The position numbers were made by a program, and so were the translations under genes. The notes under the pieces are model-generated. The model made no database searches and was not told the origin of the DNA. It worked only from the letters and a program-made list of their open reading frames with translations. DNA of 64,000 nt from a virus. How positions within the stretch are numbered: the stretch's first letter is position 1; each line of letters begins with the position of its first letter. This document shows positions 1 through 6,771 of this stretch, piece after piece. The stretch is from positions 1 to 64,000 of IMG/VR virus record IMGVR_UViG_3300033143_004594. One strand, given 5' to 3'.

Positions 1-417
1 GGGGGGGCTTGGGATCTCGTCACCCATTTTAGGCTATCGAATCCGGCCGTTGAATCCTACCATGATCGATTATGATAACCTAGATTGTAATAATCGATCA
101 GGCGGTCCGCCTGATGACAGGCAGAAGCAGCGGAGATCGAGCGGTCCGCCTGTCTCCCTGATGACACAGAAGCAGAAGCGGAGATCGCCTGAGCGGACCG
201 CGGTTTTTTTCTGTTTGTTTTTTTCTGTCTGCTTAGATAATGTTTTTCTGTGTCTGTGTCGCTGTCTCCCTGTCTGCCTGATGAGACACAGAAGCGGACC
301 GCCTGATCGGTCTGTGTGTGTGTTTGATGAGACAGAAGCGGACCGCCTGATCGGTCTGTGTGTCTCCCTGTGTGGCGATCTCTGTGTGTGTCTGCTTCTG
401 TGTCCGCTTCTGTGTCT

Positions 418-441
418 CCGCCTAATACAGGCGGGTTTTTT
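418..441 (+). terminator. Intrinsic-terminator-like hairpin
   Basis: CCGCCT-aatac-AGGCGG followed by GTTTTTT. Confidence 0.5.
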
Positions 442-557
442 CTGTCTGTGTGTCGAGATCAGGCGGAGATCGGACCGCTCAGGCGATCTCTGCTTCTGTG
501 TCGCATTCTAAGCGGAGACAGGCGGAGATCAGGCGGTCCGCTTTCTATATAGTACAG

Positions 558-582
558 ACCGCCTATTTTTGTGGCGGTTTTT
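558..582 (+). terminator. Intrinsic-terminator-like hairpin just upstream of the promoter at 597
   Basis: ACCGCC-tatttttgt-GGCGGT followed by TTTT. Confidence 0.5.
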
Positions 583-596
583 CCCTGTGATCTCAC

Positions 597-626
597 TTGA
601 CAATAATTGACATTATAGGTTATGAT
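597..626 (+). promoter_or_regulatory. Sigma70-like promoter candidate
   Basis: TTGACA (597-602), 18-nt spacer, TATGAT (621-626). It lies ~70 nt upstream of the ATG at 693. Confidence 0.5.
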
Positions 627-640
627 TTATGTCCGCGGAA

Positions 641-695
641 AAACCGCGGACCGCTCAGGCAGACACAAGAACACACAAGGAGTAAAGCGATAATG
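641..695 (+). repeat. Partial or degenerate copy of the hairpin+RBS cassette upstream of the first small gene
   Basis: ccgcggaaaaaccgcggaccgctcaggc...caaggagtaaagcgataATG. It shares the GGACCGCTCAGGC word and the RBS block with the 58-bp cassettes. Confidence 0.6.
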
Positions 696-1166
696 ACAGG
701 CATTACAGAGAATACAGGAAAAACCGATCTAATTATTAGAGATCACAGACTCACAGAAGCGGACCGCCTGTATAAAAAATCATTCGATCTACACTTGAAA
801 GCGGAGACACAACTCGCACTATCTGAGATCATACGAGATCAGGCGGTCCGCTTAAAACTACAGGCGGAGAAAGCAGAAGCAGAAGCGGAGACAGGCGATC
901 ATTATATGGTTTTTCATTTTACTTGTGATCTAGTCATAGGGCACAATTTTACAGGGAGTGAAGTTATATTTTCCGCTATAGATGAGATCGAGATCATAAG
1001 ACACACAGAAGCGGACCGCAAAAAATACGATCAATTAATTGTCCGCTTCTGCTTAGAAAAAAATCCGCTATTCCATATTGATACATTGTATTTTACTCTG
1101 AGCGATATATCACATATTGACGATCACACAGGCGGACAATATAAACTCACAGAGATCACAATATAA
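693..1166 (+). CDS. Hypothetical small protein, EADRL-word family
   Basis: The ATG at 693 is preceded by caAGGAGtaaagcgata. The track ORF 597..1166 starts on a TTG inside the -35 box, so the internal start is preferred. Contains TEADRL, QAVRL and TEADRK words. Confidence 0.6.
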   Translation: MTGITENTGKTDLIIRDHRLTEADRLYKKSFDLHLKAETQLALSEIIRDQAVRLKLQAEKAEAEAETGDHYMVFHFTCDLVIGHNFTGSEVIFSAIDEIEIIRHTEADRKKYDQLIVRFCLEKNPLFHIDTLYFTLSDISHIDDHTGGQYKLTEITI

Positions 1167-1224
1167 CGGACCGCGGACCGCTCAGGCGGTCCGCCTGTAC
1201 TTTACAAGGAGTAAAGCGATTATG
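1167..1224 (+). repeat. 58-bp intergenic cassette copy 1: hairpin GCGGACCGC-TCAG-GCGGTCCGC followed by CTGTACTTTACAAGGAGTAAAGCGATTATG
   Basis: Near-identical to the copies at 1351, 2232 and 3272. Ends on the ATG of the downstream ORF. Confidence 0.9.
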
Positions 1225-1347
1225 ATCAAAGTATGGTTTTTTTGTGTTCTTGTTAGCATTCTGCTTTTGTACTACACAGAAGCGATCACAGCGGTTTTTT
1301 TTCTGATCGCTGTGGTTTTATATGAAACATGGAAGACGATCAATTAA
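1222..1347 (+). CDS. 41-aa hydrophobic (membrane) peptide
   Basis: ATG directly follows cassette copy 1. Sequence is MIKVWFFCVLVSILLLYY...AVFFLIAVVLYETW. Confidence 0.5.
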   Translation: MIKVWFFCVLVSILLLYYTEAITAVFFLIAVVLYETWKTIN

Positions 1348-1350
1348 TAT

Positions 1351-1408
1351 CAGACCGCGGACCGCTCAGGCGGTCCGCCTGTACTTTACAAGGAGTAAAG
1401 CGATAATG
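1351..1408 (+). repeat. 58-bp intergenic cassette copy 2
   Basis: cagaccgcggaccgctcaggcggtccgcctgtactttacaaggagtaaagcgataATG. Confidence 0.9.
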
Positions 1409-1723
1409 AACGATCACATATTGACAGAAGCAGCGGAGACAGAAGCGGACCGCCTAAGCATAGAAGCGGAGATCAAGCGATCTCACACTCGACACAGAGA
1501 GACTCACCACAGCGATCATTTTATGGTTTTTTCTGTCTGTGGTGATTTTACCCATTATGATCACCTGATCGCTTCTGTCTCCCTGATGGCAGACACAGAG
1601 ATCGAGATCGATTATATTGGCGAGCACACTATGATCGGTCTGATTATTTTGCCAAATGCTACAGAAGCGGAGATCACAGAAGCGGACCGCCTGTATAGTG
1701 AATTACAAGGAGTAAAGCGATAA
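1406..1723 (+). CDS. Hypothetical protein, MND-x4-EA/EADRL paralog family
   Basis: ATG follows cassette copy 2. N-terminus is MNDHILTEAAETEADRL. Confidence 0.65.
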   Translation: MNDHILTEAAETEADRLSIEAEIKRSHTRHRETHHSDHFMVFSVCGDFTHYDHLIASVSLMADTEIEIDYIGEHTMIGLIILPNATEAEITEADRLYSELQGVKR

Positions 1724-2220
1724 TGACACACAACAATTGTGGTTTTAACAGACCACAGAGATCGAGCGGTCCGCGGTCCGCTTCTGTACTTTCTCCGCCT
1801 GAGTGTGAGAACACATGGCGATCAGAGATAAAAAACCGCCACACATGCAAAGTAAAAAATACACAGGGAGACTCCGATCTCACTCTGATCTCTGACACAC
1901 AGGAGATCGATCACATTGGCGATTATTTAGGCATTAATCGCCTGAGTGAGGATTATGGTTGTCTGTTTGTCGAGATCGCTGATGGCGATTATGGTCATAT
2001 ATTGGGCTGTGAGTCTAATATTCCATACTTAGAAAAAATATTATATGACATAGATTATTATGAGGAAACATGGCGGTTTTTTCAGGAGATCGCAGAAAAA
2101 CACAGCGAGATCTATTGTCCTATGTGTGGCGGAGACTCCGCTCACTTGGGCACACTTGGCACACTTGATCATTATCGCTGTGTAATGTGTCATATGGAAT
2201 TCTCACGATCTCAGGAGTAA
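1723..2220 (+). CDS. Hypothetical protein with C-terminal zinc ribbon (CPMCGG...CVMCH)
   Basis: TAATG overlap with the upstream gene. An AAGGAGTAAAGCGATA RBS is embedded in the upstream gene's 3' end. Has a CxxC...CxxC motif. Confidence 0.7.
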   Translation: MTHNNCGFNRPQRSSGPRSASVLSPPECENTWRSEIKNRHTCKVKNTQGDSDLTLISDTQEIDHIGDYLGINRLSEDYGCLFVEIADGDYGHILGCESNIPYLEKILYDIDYYEETWRFFQEIAEKHSEIYCPMCGGDSAHLGTLGTLDHYRCVMCHMEFSRSQE

Positions 2221-2231
2221 AGCGATAATAA

Positions 2232-2289
2232 CAGACCGCGGACCGCTCAGGCGGTCCGCCTACACTTTACAAGGAGTAAAGCGATAATG
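2232..2289 (+). repeat. 58-bp intergenic cassette copy 3
   Basis: Same sequence apart from gcctaCActttac in place of gcctgTActttac. Confidence 0.9.
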
Positions 2290-2601
2290 AACGATCAAAC
2301 AATAGCAGAGATGGCATATACAGAAGCGGACCGCCTGAACACAGAAGCGGACCGCCTACAGGCAGAAGCGATCAAAATACAGGCAGAAGCGGACCGCCTG
2401 ATCGAAAAAATCACGAGCGGACCGCCTGATCTTGTGTATTACCAATACACAGGGAGATCGGATTTTTTCAATTATGAGAATTCGGGTGATCTCTGTTTTC
2501 ACACTCCGCCACAAGCGGAGAAAGCAGCGATCAATAATGGATTAATTACATGGCGAGTGATCATGGTCTGTGAGTATGTTGTCAAGACAGGGAAAGTATA
2601 A
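2287..2601 (+). CDS. Hypothetical protein, MND/EADRL paralog family
   Basis: ATG follows cassette copy 3. Sequence is MNDQTIAEMAYTEADRLNTEADRLQAE...EADRLIEK. Confidence 0.65.
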   Translation: MNDQTIAEMAYTEADRLNTEADRLQAEAIKIQAEADRLIEKITSGPPDLVYYQYTGRSDFFNYENSGDLCFHTPPQAEKAAINNGLITWRVIMVCEYVVKTGKV

Positions 2602-2602
2602 A

Positions 2603-3268
2603 ATGAACGATCTAATACTGGCAGAAGCGGAAAAAAAGAAAGCAGAAGCGGACCGCCACAGAAAAACCGCGGACCGCCTGATCGCAGAAGCGGACCGCCT
2701 GTCAAACGTATTTTATCTTAGAGATGAGATCGCAGAGAAAGCGGACCGCCTACAGGCAGAAGCGGACCGCCTGATCGCTTTCGCTGATCGCCTGATGGCA
2801 GAAGCGGAGAAAGCAGAAGCGGACCGCCTGATCGATAAAATCAGAAGCGGAGAAAAAATCAGAACATGGAAACATAAAACCGGCCTGTTTTTTATCGATC
2901 AGGAGATCACAGAGATCGAGATCGAATTATGGCAGACAGGCAGAAGCAGAAGCGGAGACAGAGATCGCCTGTCTTATGTTTTAAGTGAGAATAGTGTGCC
3001 TGTATTTTATGGTTTATCTGATCTAGGAATTCCGCCACACATGGCAATAGATAGCGATCTCTCTGTGTGTGCCTGTCTGTTTTTTCTCGCACTCAGGCAG
3101 GGAGACACAGACAGTGATTATTTTGAAAACTACACAGACACACAATTACAATGGATACACTCACAGACCGCCACAGAGATCAGGGAGATCGTGAGCATAT
3201 GTGAGGAAAATGATCTCACACTCGATCAGGCGATCTCTGTTATGTTAGCATGGGAAACAGAAAAATAA
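2603..3268 (+). CDS. Hypothetical protein, MND/EADRL paralog with an (A)EADRLI-repeat coiled-coil-like N-terminus
   Basis: The ATG at 2603 sits 1 nt after the upstream stop. Sequence is MNDLILAEAEKKKAEADRH..ADRLIAEADRL..., with at least 6 ADRL words. Confidence 0.6.
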   Translation: MNDLILAEAEKKKAEADRHRKTADRLIAEADRLSNVFYLRDEIAEKADRLQAEADRLIAFADRLMAEAEKAEADRLIDKIRSGEKIRTWKHKTGLFFIDQEITEIEIELWQTGRSRSGDRDRLSYVLSENSVPVFYGLSDLGIPPHMAIDSDLSVCACLFFLALRQGDTDSDYFENYTDTQLQWIHSQTATEIREIVSICEENDLTLDQAISVMLAWETEK

Positions 3269-3271
3269 TAT

Positions 3272-3329
3272 CAGACCGCGGACCGCTCAGGCGGTCCGCC
3301 TGTACTTTACAAGGAGTAAAGCGATTATG
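3272..3329 (+). repeat. 58-bp intergenic cassette copy 4
   Basis: Same sequence, ending in gcgattATG as copy 1 does. Confidence 0.9.
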
Positions 3330-3779
3330 ATCAGTTTAGAAGCAGCAAAAAATCTCACACATGGCGAGATCATTTATCACATAAGTCATAGGAATGCCGA
3401 TCAGACTCCGCAGAGATGGCGCATTAATGGCAAAGTGAAAACATGGAGAACCAGACCACAGGAGATCAGTATACCTATAAAACACGGTTTATATGATTAT
3501 GGTTATTTAACACACAATGATCTTGATCTTGTGTGTCTGTCAGAAGCAGAAGCGGAGATCGTGACGAACTCAGGCACAGAGATCGGACATTATGATTATT
3601 TATATCGAAACATAAAACACAGAGATTATATTTATGGCTGTGTGTTACCACAGGCGGACCGCCTACAGAGATCGATCATTGTAGGCGGAGATCGGACAAT
3701 TGATGATCAGGGAGTGACAACAATTACAGGCGGAATCACCTATTATTTTCCTATAGGTGAGGAATCCGGCCTAAATTGA
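3327..3779 (+). CDS. Hypothetical protein
   Basis: ATG follows cassette copy 4. 150 aa of ordinary composition. Confidence 0.75.
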   Translation: MISLEAAKNLTHGEIIYHISHRNADQTPQRWRINGKVKTWRTRPQEISIPIKHGLYDYGYLTHNDLDLVCLSEAEAEIVTNSGTEIGHYDYLYRNIKHRDYIYGCVLPQADRLQRSIIVGGDRTIDDQGVTTITGGITYYFPIGEESGLN

Positions 3780-3808
3780 CAGAAAAACCACAAACAGACC
3801 ACAAACAG

Positions 3809-3845
3809 ACCACAGAGATCGATCAGGTGATCTCTGTGGTTTTTT
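3809..3845 (+). terminator. Intrinsic terminator after the small-gene cluster
   Basis: 12-bp stem ACCACAGAGATC/GATCTCTGTGGT, 8-nt loop, then TTTTT. It lies 30 nt after the stop at 3779. Confidence 0.8.
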
Positions 3846-3911
3846 CTGTGTGTAGACCACAGAAGCAGCGGAGATCGGACCGCCTGAGCGGTCCGCCTGT
3901 CTGCCTGTCTG

Positions 3912-3972
3912 CTTCTGCGGTCTGTGTGCCTGTCTCCCTGTCACTTTGATCGAGATCGGACCGCTCAGGCGG
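3912..3972 (+). repeat. 61-bp direct repeat, copy a
   Basis: cttctgcggtctgtgtgCctgtctccctgtcactttgatcgagatcggaccgctcaggcgg. One mismatch to 4135-4195. Confidence 0.85.
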
Positions 3973-4008
3973 TTTTTTTCCGATCAGGCGGTCCGCCTGT
4001 CTGCCTGT

Positions 4009-4055
4009 CTGCTTCTGCTTCTGTGGTCTGTGTCATCAGGCAGAAGCAGAAGCAG
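4009..4055. repeat. Perfect 15-bp inverted repeat (CTGCTTCTGCTTCTG / CAGAAGCAGAAGCAG) with a 17-nt spacer
   Basis: Read directly. Arms are at 4009-4023 and 4041-4055. Confidence 0.85.
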
Positions 4056-4134
4056 AGATCGCCTGAGCGGACAATACAGGCGATCTCTGTGTCTGCCTGT
4101 CTGCTTCTGCCTGTCTCCGCTGCTTCTGCTTCTG

Positions 4135-4195
4135 CTTCTGCGGTCTGTGTGTCTGTCTCCCTGTCACTTTGATCGAGATCGGACCGCTCAGGCGG
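4135..4195 (+). repeat. 61-bp direct repeat, copy b
   Basis: Matches 3912-3972 with one mismatch. Confidence 0.85.
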
Positions 4196-4221
4196 AGATC
4201 GATCAGGCGGTCCGCCTGTCT
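4181..4221 (+). repeat. 41-bp direct repeat, copy a
   Basis: ggaccgctcaggcggagatcgatcaggcggtccgcctgtct. Identical to 4271-4311. Confidence 0.85.
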
Positions 4222-4270
4222 GCTTCTGTTATCCCAGGACACAGACCGCCACAGAGATCAGGCGGACCGC

Positions 4271-4311
4271 GGACCGCTCAGGCGGAGATCGATCAGGCGG
4301 TCCGCCTGTCT
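4271..4311 (+). repeat. 41-bp direct repeat, copy b
   Basis: Identical to 4181-4221. Confidence 0.85.
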
Positions 4312-4501
4312 TCCCAGCTGGGATCGGCCGACTGGCAGAAGCAGCGGAGATCAGGCGATCATGGTTCATTCACACGCGCAAAAATGATCGGTGAGCAGAA
4401 TTTTATAATGTTTTCGGCCGGGTCTTTTTGGTTTTTCTGGTTTTTTTTATTGGTTTACGGCCGGGTTTTTCCGGCGCGATTACACACAAGGAGTAAAGTA
4501 T

Positions 4502-4873
4502 ATGATCACAGCTATAGTTATGGGCGCATATGGTAAAAAAGATGAGTACAGAGTGGATCGACTTGCTAACCGTGGCGAGTGGTTCGGTAAAACTTGGTTC
4601 GTTGGGATCGGTTGCGGGTTCGATATACACCGCGTAGTAGTAGAAGCGGACAATGAGTCAGAGGTGATCGACGCCTTGACGGATTCGGCCGCTGGTCACT
4701 TGATAAAAGTTGATGAGGAATGCCCCCATCAAGATCCTGATCAATGGGATCAATGTAATTGCACATTTGCCGGTAATTTTTCTGATCGCGTCGATCTGGA
4801 TGACATTCGAATTCTGAAGCGTTGCAAAGTAAAATATTTTGAACCGGCCGATCGTTGGTTGGATATTAGCTAA
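4502..4873 (+). CDS. Hypothetical protein (123 aa) isolated between two non-coding repeat blocks
   Basis: ATG preceded by caAGGAGtaaagtat. Normal amino-acid composition. Confidence 0.75.
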   Translation: MITAIVMGAYGKKDEYRVDRLANRGEWFGKTWFVGIGCGFDIHRVVVEADNESEVIDALTDSAAGHLIKVDEECPHQDPDQWDQCNCTFAGNFSDRVDLDDIRILKRCKVKYFEPADRWLDIS

Positions 4874-4902
4874 ACAGACAGACACAGACCACAGGATCAG
4901 AC

Positions 4903-4927
4903 AGGATCGGCCGGTTTTCGGCCGGTC
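4903..4927 (+). other. 10-bp-stem hairpin downstream of the 4502..4873 gene
   Basis: GGATCGGCCG-gtttt-CGGCCGGTCC with one G-T wobble. No T-run follows, so it is not a canonical terminator. Confidence 0.45.
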
Positions 4928-5040
4928 CTGAGTGTGATCGCGTCTCTGTATGGTTTTACCTGTCTGCCTGTCTGCCTGTCTGCCTGAGCGGAGATCGGAC
5001 CGCTTGATCGGTCTGCTTCTGCTTCTGTGTCTCCGCTTGT

Positions 5041-5210
5041 GCCTGTCTGCCTGTGTTCTCATTGGGCGGACCGCTCAGGCGATCTCTGTGTGTGTGTCCG
5101 CCTGTCTGCCTGTGTCCTCATCAGGCGGACCGCTCAGGCGATCTCTGTGTCTCCCTGTCTGCCTGTCTGCTTCTGTGTGTCTGCCTGTGTCCTCATCAGG
5201 CGGAGATCGG
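5041..5210 (+). repeat. About 2.8 tandem copies of a ~60-bp unit
   Basis: Unit is gcctgtctgcctgtgtYctcatYRggcggaccgctcaggcgatctctgtgt. Unit starts are at 5041, 5100 and 5161 (the last is partial). Confidence 0.8.
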
Positions 5211-5344
5211 CCGGTTCTACCACAGGTAAAACGCGCCGGCGCGGAAAGTCTGAACGGCCGTTCGATCCTTGCCGGCCAACGGTCCGCGGCGAGTGTGGTC
5301 GAGCGGGCAGCGGGCGGACCGTGGGCGGGGGCGCTTCTACTATA

Positions 5345-5449
5345 TACACGCGGGATCGACATAGGCGAGCAGAATTTACACGCGCTAAGGGGTTCGGCCG
5401 CCTTAAAAAATACACGCGGCCGGGGAGGTGCGAGCAGAATTTACACGCG
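5345..5449 (+). repeat. Four TACACGCG iterons at 31-34 bp spacing; two are part of a 20-bp repeat GCGAGCAGAATTTACACGCG
   Basis: TACACGCG at 5345, 5377, 5411 and 5442. The 20-mers are at 5365-5384 and 5430-5449. A related GTGAGCAGAATTTTATAATG is at ~4391. Confidence 0.75.
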
Positions 5450-5507
5450 GATCGAAGGGGGGCGGGCTGGAGTTGGCAGCAAATCGGGCGGATCGGTTCT
5501 CATTTAC

Positions 5508-5535
5508 TTGACAAGCAATTATAAGGTGTTATTAT
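5508..5535 (+). promoter_or_regulatory. Sigma70-like promoter candidate for the 5592 operon
   Basis: TTGACA (5508-5513), 16-nt spacer, TATTAT (5530-5535). Confidence 0.5.
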
Positions 5536-5591
5536 CTATCTATCCGACGCGGGCCGCGGGCGGTCCGCCTTAGTAATAAGGAGCAAGCGAA

Positions 5592-6359
5592 ATGATAAAT
5601 GATCAGAATTTAGAGATCGGGCAATTGGTAAAGGTTAGCAGATCGCTCACCGTGGGCGATCTATATGGGGCGGGACATTCTCAGGCGGGGGAAGTGGTGA
5701 TCGTGGCGGGGGAAGTCGGCCGGGTTATATCGCCTGTCATTGCAGAGGCGCGGGACGGGTCGAAGTTGGATCGGCCGTGGGTTGTGGTTCGCTTTTTCTT
5801 CACTTTGCCGGATCACTACCGGCGCGATCCAACCTGTGAACCGGTCCACAATATAAAGATCGGGCGGCTGGAAGCGGTGACAGAGGCGGAAGCGGTGATC
5901 CTGATTATGATCGGGCGCTATGGTAAACCGTGGGCCAATACGAGACAGGATCGGGCGGCTATGGCCTCATATATGGATCAGCGGCCGTTATATGACGATC
6001 CCGGCGTTTTGGGTAACTGGAGATCAGCGGCTTCTATCTTGTCAGAAGTGGCGGAGCGGGTGAGCCTTGCTGCTTGGGGGGTTCATCCGGCCGGGGAGAC
6101 GGATCTCACCGTATACATGGAAGCGGGCGATCCGGGTGAGCGGGTCAATTGTGAGGGGTTCGTTGTGGACGGGGACGGGGGGATCGTCTTTGATACTGTA
6201 GGCGGCGGGCCGTATCTCTGCGAAAGTTGCAACAAATCGATCCGGTTCTTGACATGCTCAGGGCGGGCGATCTGTGAGGCATGTCTGGACGCGGAGATCG
6301 CAGAGGCGGAAGCGGTGACAGGGGCGGGCTATATTACGCCTAATGAGGCGATCATATAA
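5592..6359 (+). CDS. Hypothetical protein with C-terminal Cys cluster (CESC...C...CEAC)
   Basis: ATG preceded by tAAGGAGcaagcgaa. 255 aa. Confidence 0.8.
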   Translation: MINDQNLEIGQLVKVSRSLTVGDLYGAGHSQAGEVVIVAGEVGRVISPVIAEARDGSKLDRPWVVVRFFFTLPDHYRRDPTCEPVHNIKIGRLEAVTEAEAVILIMIGRYGKPWANTRQDRAAMASYMDQRPLYDDPGVLGNWRSAASILSEVAERVSLAAWGVHPAGETDLTVYMEAGDPGERVNCEGFVVDGDGGIVFDTVGGGPYLCESCNKSIRFLTCSGRAICEACLDAEIAEAEAVTGAGYITPNEAII

Positions 6360-6724
6360 TGGCTATACGAAACGGTATAAAGTGGGGTAACGGGCGGATC
6401 TGGCAAATGATCGGGAAAGCAGCAAGGGAAGCGGAGCGGGCCGAGCAGATCGAGCGGGTGAAAGCAGAGACGGCCGCGGGGGGTTTTCCGCTGTGCCTCT
6501 GTGACATATGCCTATATTATGAAAACGATCCCGCGGACCGGGCCAAGTGGCGGATCATTATGCACAGGCGGCGATCACAACTGATCGCGCTTAGCCGTCA
6601 CTATCTGCGAAACTTTCACGGCTTCACAGCGGCGGAGTGTGATCAGTTCGGTCCTGAGTGTGATCGGGTCATTCTGGCACATAATGACGCGGCGATCCGT
6701 TGTGGCGGTGATCCTATTGTATAA
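6359..6724 (+). CDS. Hypothetical protein
   Basis: TAATG start/stop overlap with the upstream gene. 121 aa. Confidence 0.7.
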   Translation: MAIRNGIKWGNGRIWQMIGKAAREAERAEQIERVKAETAAGGFPLCLCDICLYYENDPADRAKWRIIMHRRRSQLIALSRHYLRNFHGFTAAECDQFGPECDRVILAHNDAAIRCGGDPIV

Positions 6725-6771
6725 CCAACGCGGGCCGGGTTCGGCTTGCCTTAGCTAAGGAGTAAAGCGAA

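Larger units (their letters stand above)
1..5591. repeat. Motif-saturated left-end region: short words (GCGGWCCGC, CAGAAGC, GAGATC, CTGTCTGC) in both orientations, interleaved with a few small genes
   Basis: Hand count of ~50 CGGWCCG cores in 5.6 kb. Many direct, inverted and tandem repeats. About 2 kb has no credible CDS (1-596, 3847-4501, 4874-5591). Confidence 0.85.

Noticed and set aside
191-215. Terminator call for GAGCGGACCGCGG followed by T7
   Set aside because: The palindrome GCGG-A-CCGC cannot form a stable RNA hairpin because it would have a 1-nt loop. It is kept only as a note within the left-end finding.
50-552. Track ORFs 50..511 and 358..552 (153 and 64 aa) at the extreme left end
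   Set aside because: They translate stop-poor, A-depleted repeat DNA into Cys/Leu/Arg-rich low-complexity strings. They overlap each other in different frames, lack an SD, and are crossed by terminator-like hairpins.
4404-4409. TATAAT box at 4404-4409 as a promoter for gene 4502
   Set aside because: There is no acceptable -35 hexamer 16-18 nt upstream (AAAATG/AAAAAT) and no extended -10 TG. It is too weak to annotate.
5240-5300. tRNA-like GTTCGATCC (T-loop-like) sequence
   Set aside because: I could not fold flanking sequence into an acceptor/T-arm cloverleaf. The stem halves are not adjacent to a 7-nt loop. A tRNAscan-SE run would settle it.
3924-5573. Multiple overlapping track ORFs on both strands in the repeat blocks (3924..4172, 3946..4536, 4036..4242, 4169..4387, 4658..5062, 4950..5573, 5027..5524, 5075..5362, 5134..5415)
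   Set aside because: Open frames arise in every frame because the CTG/CAG/GC-rich words lack stop codons. The products are low-complexity (RSGGP, CLSAC, QTGRQ) and have no RBS. Only 4502..4873 has a normal composition and the conserved SD cassette.
1-5591. Possibility that the repeated hairpins form a CRISPR array or solitary CRISPR-repeat mimics
   Set aside because: The repeats are not separated by uniform unique spacers. Copies occur in both orientations and inside genes, and there are no cas genes in the window. An RNA anti-CRISPR-type mimic cannot be formally excluded, but nothing specific supports it.
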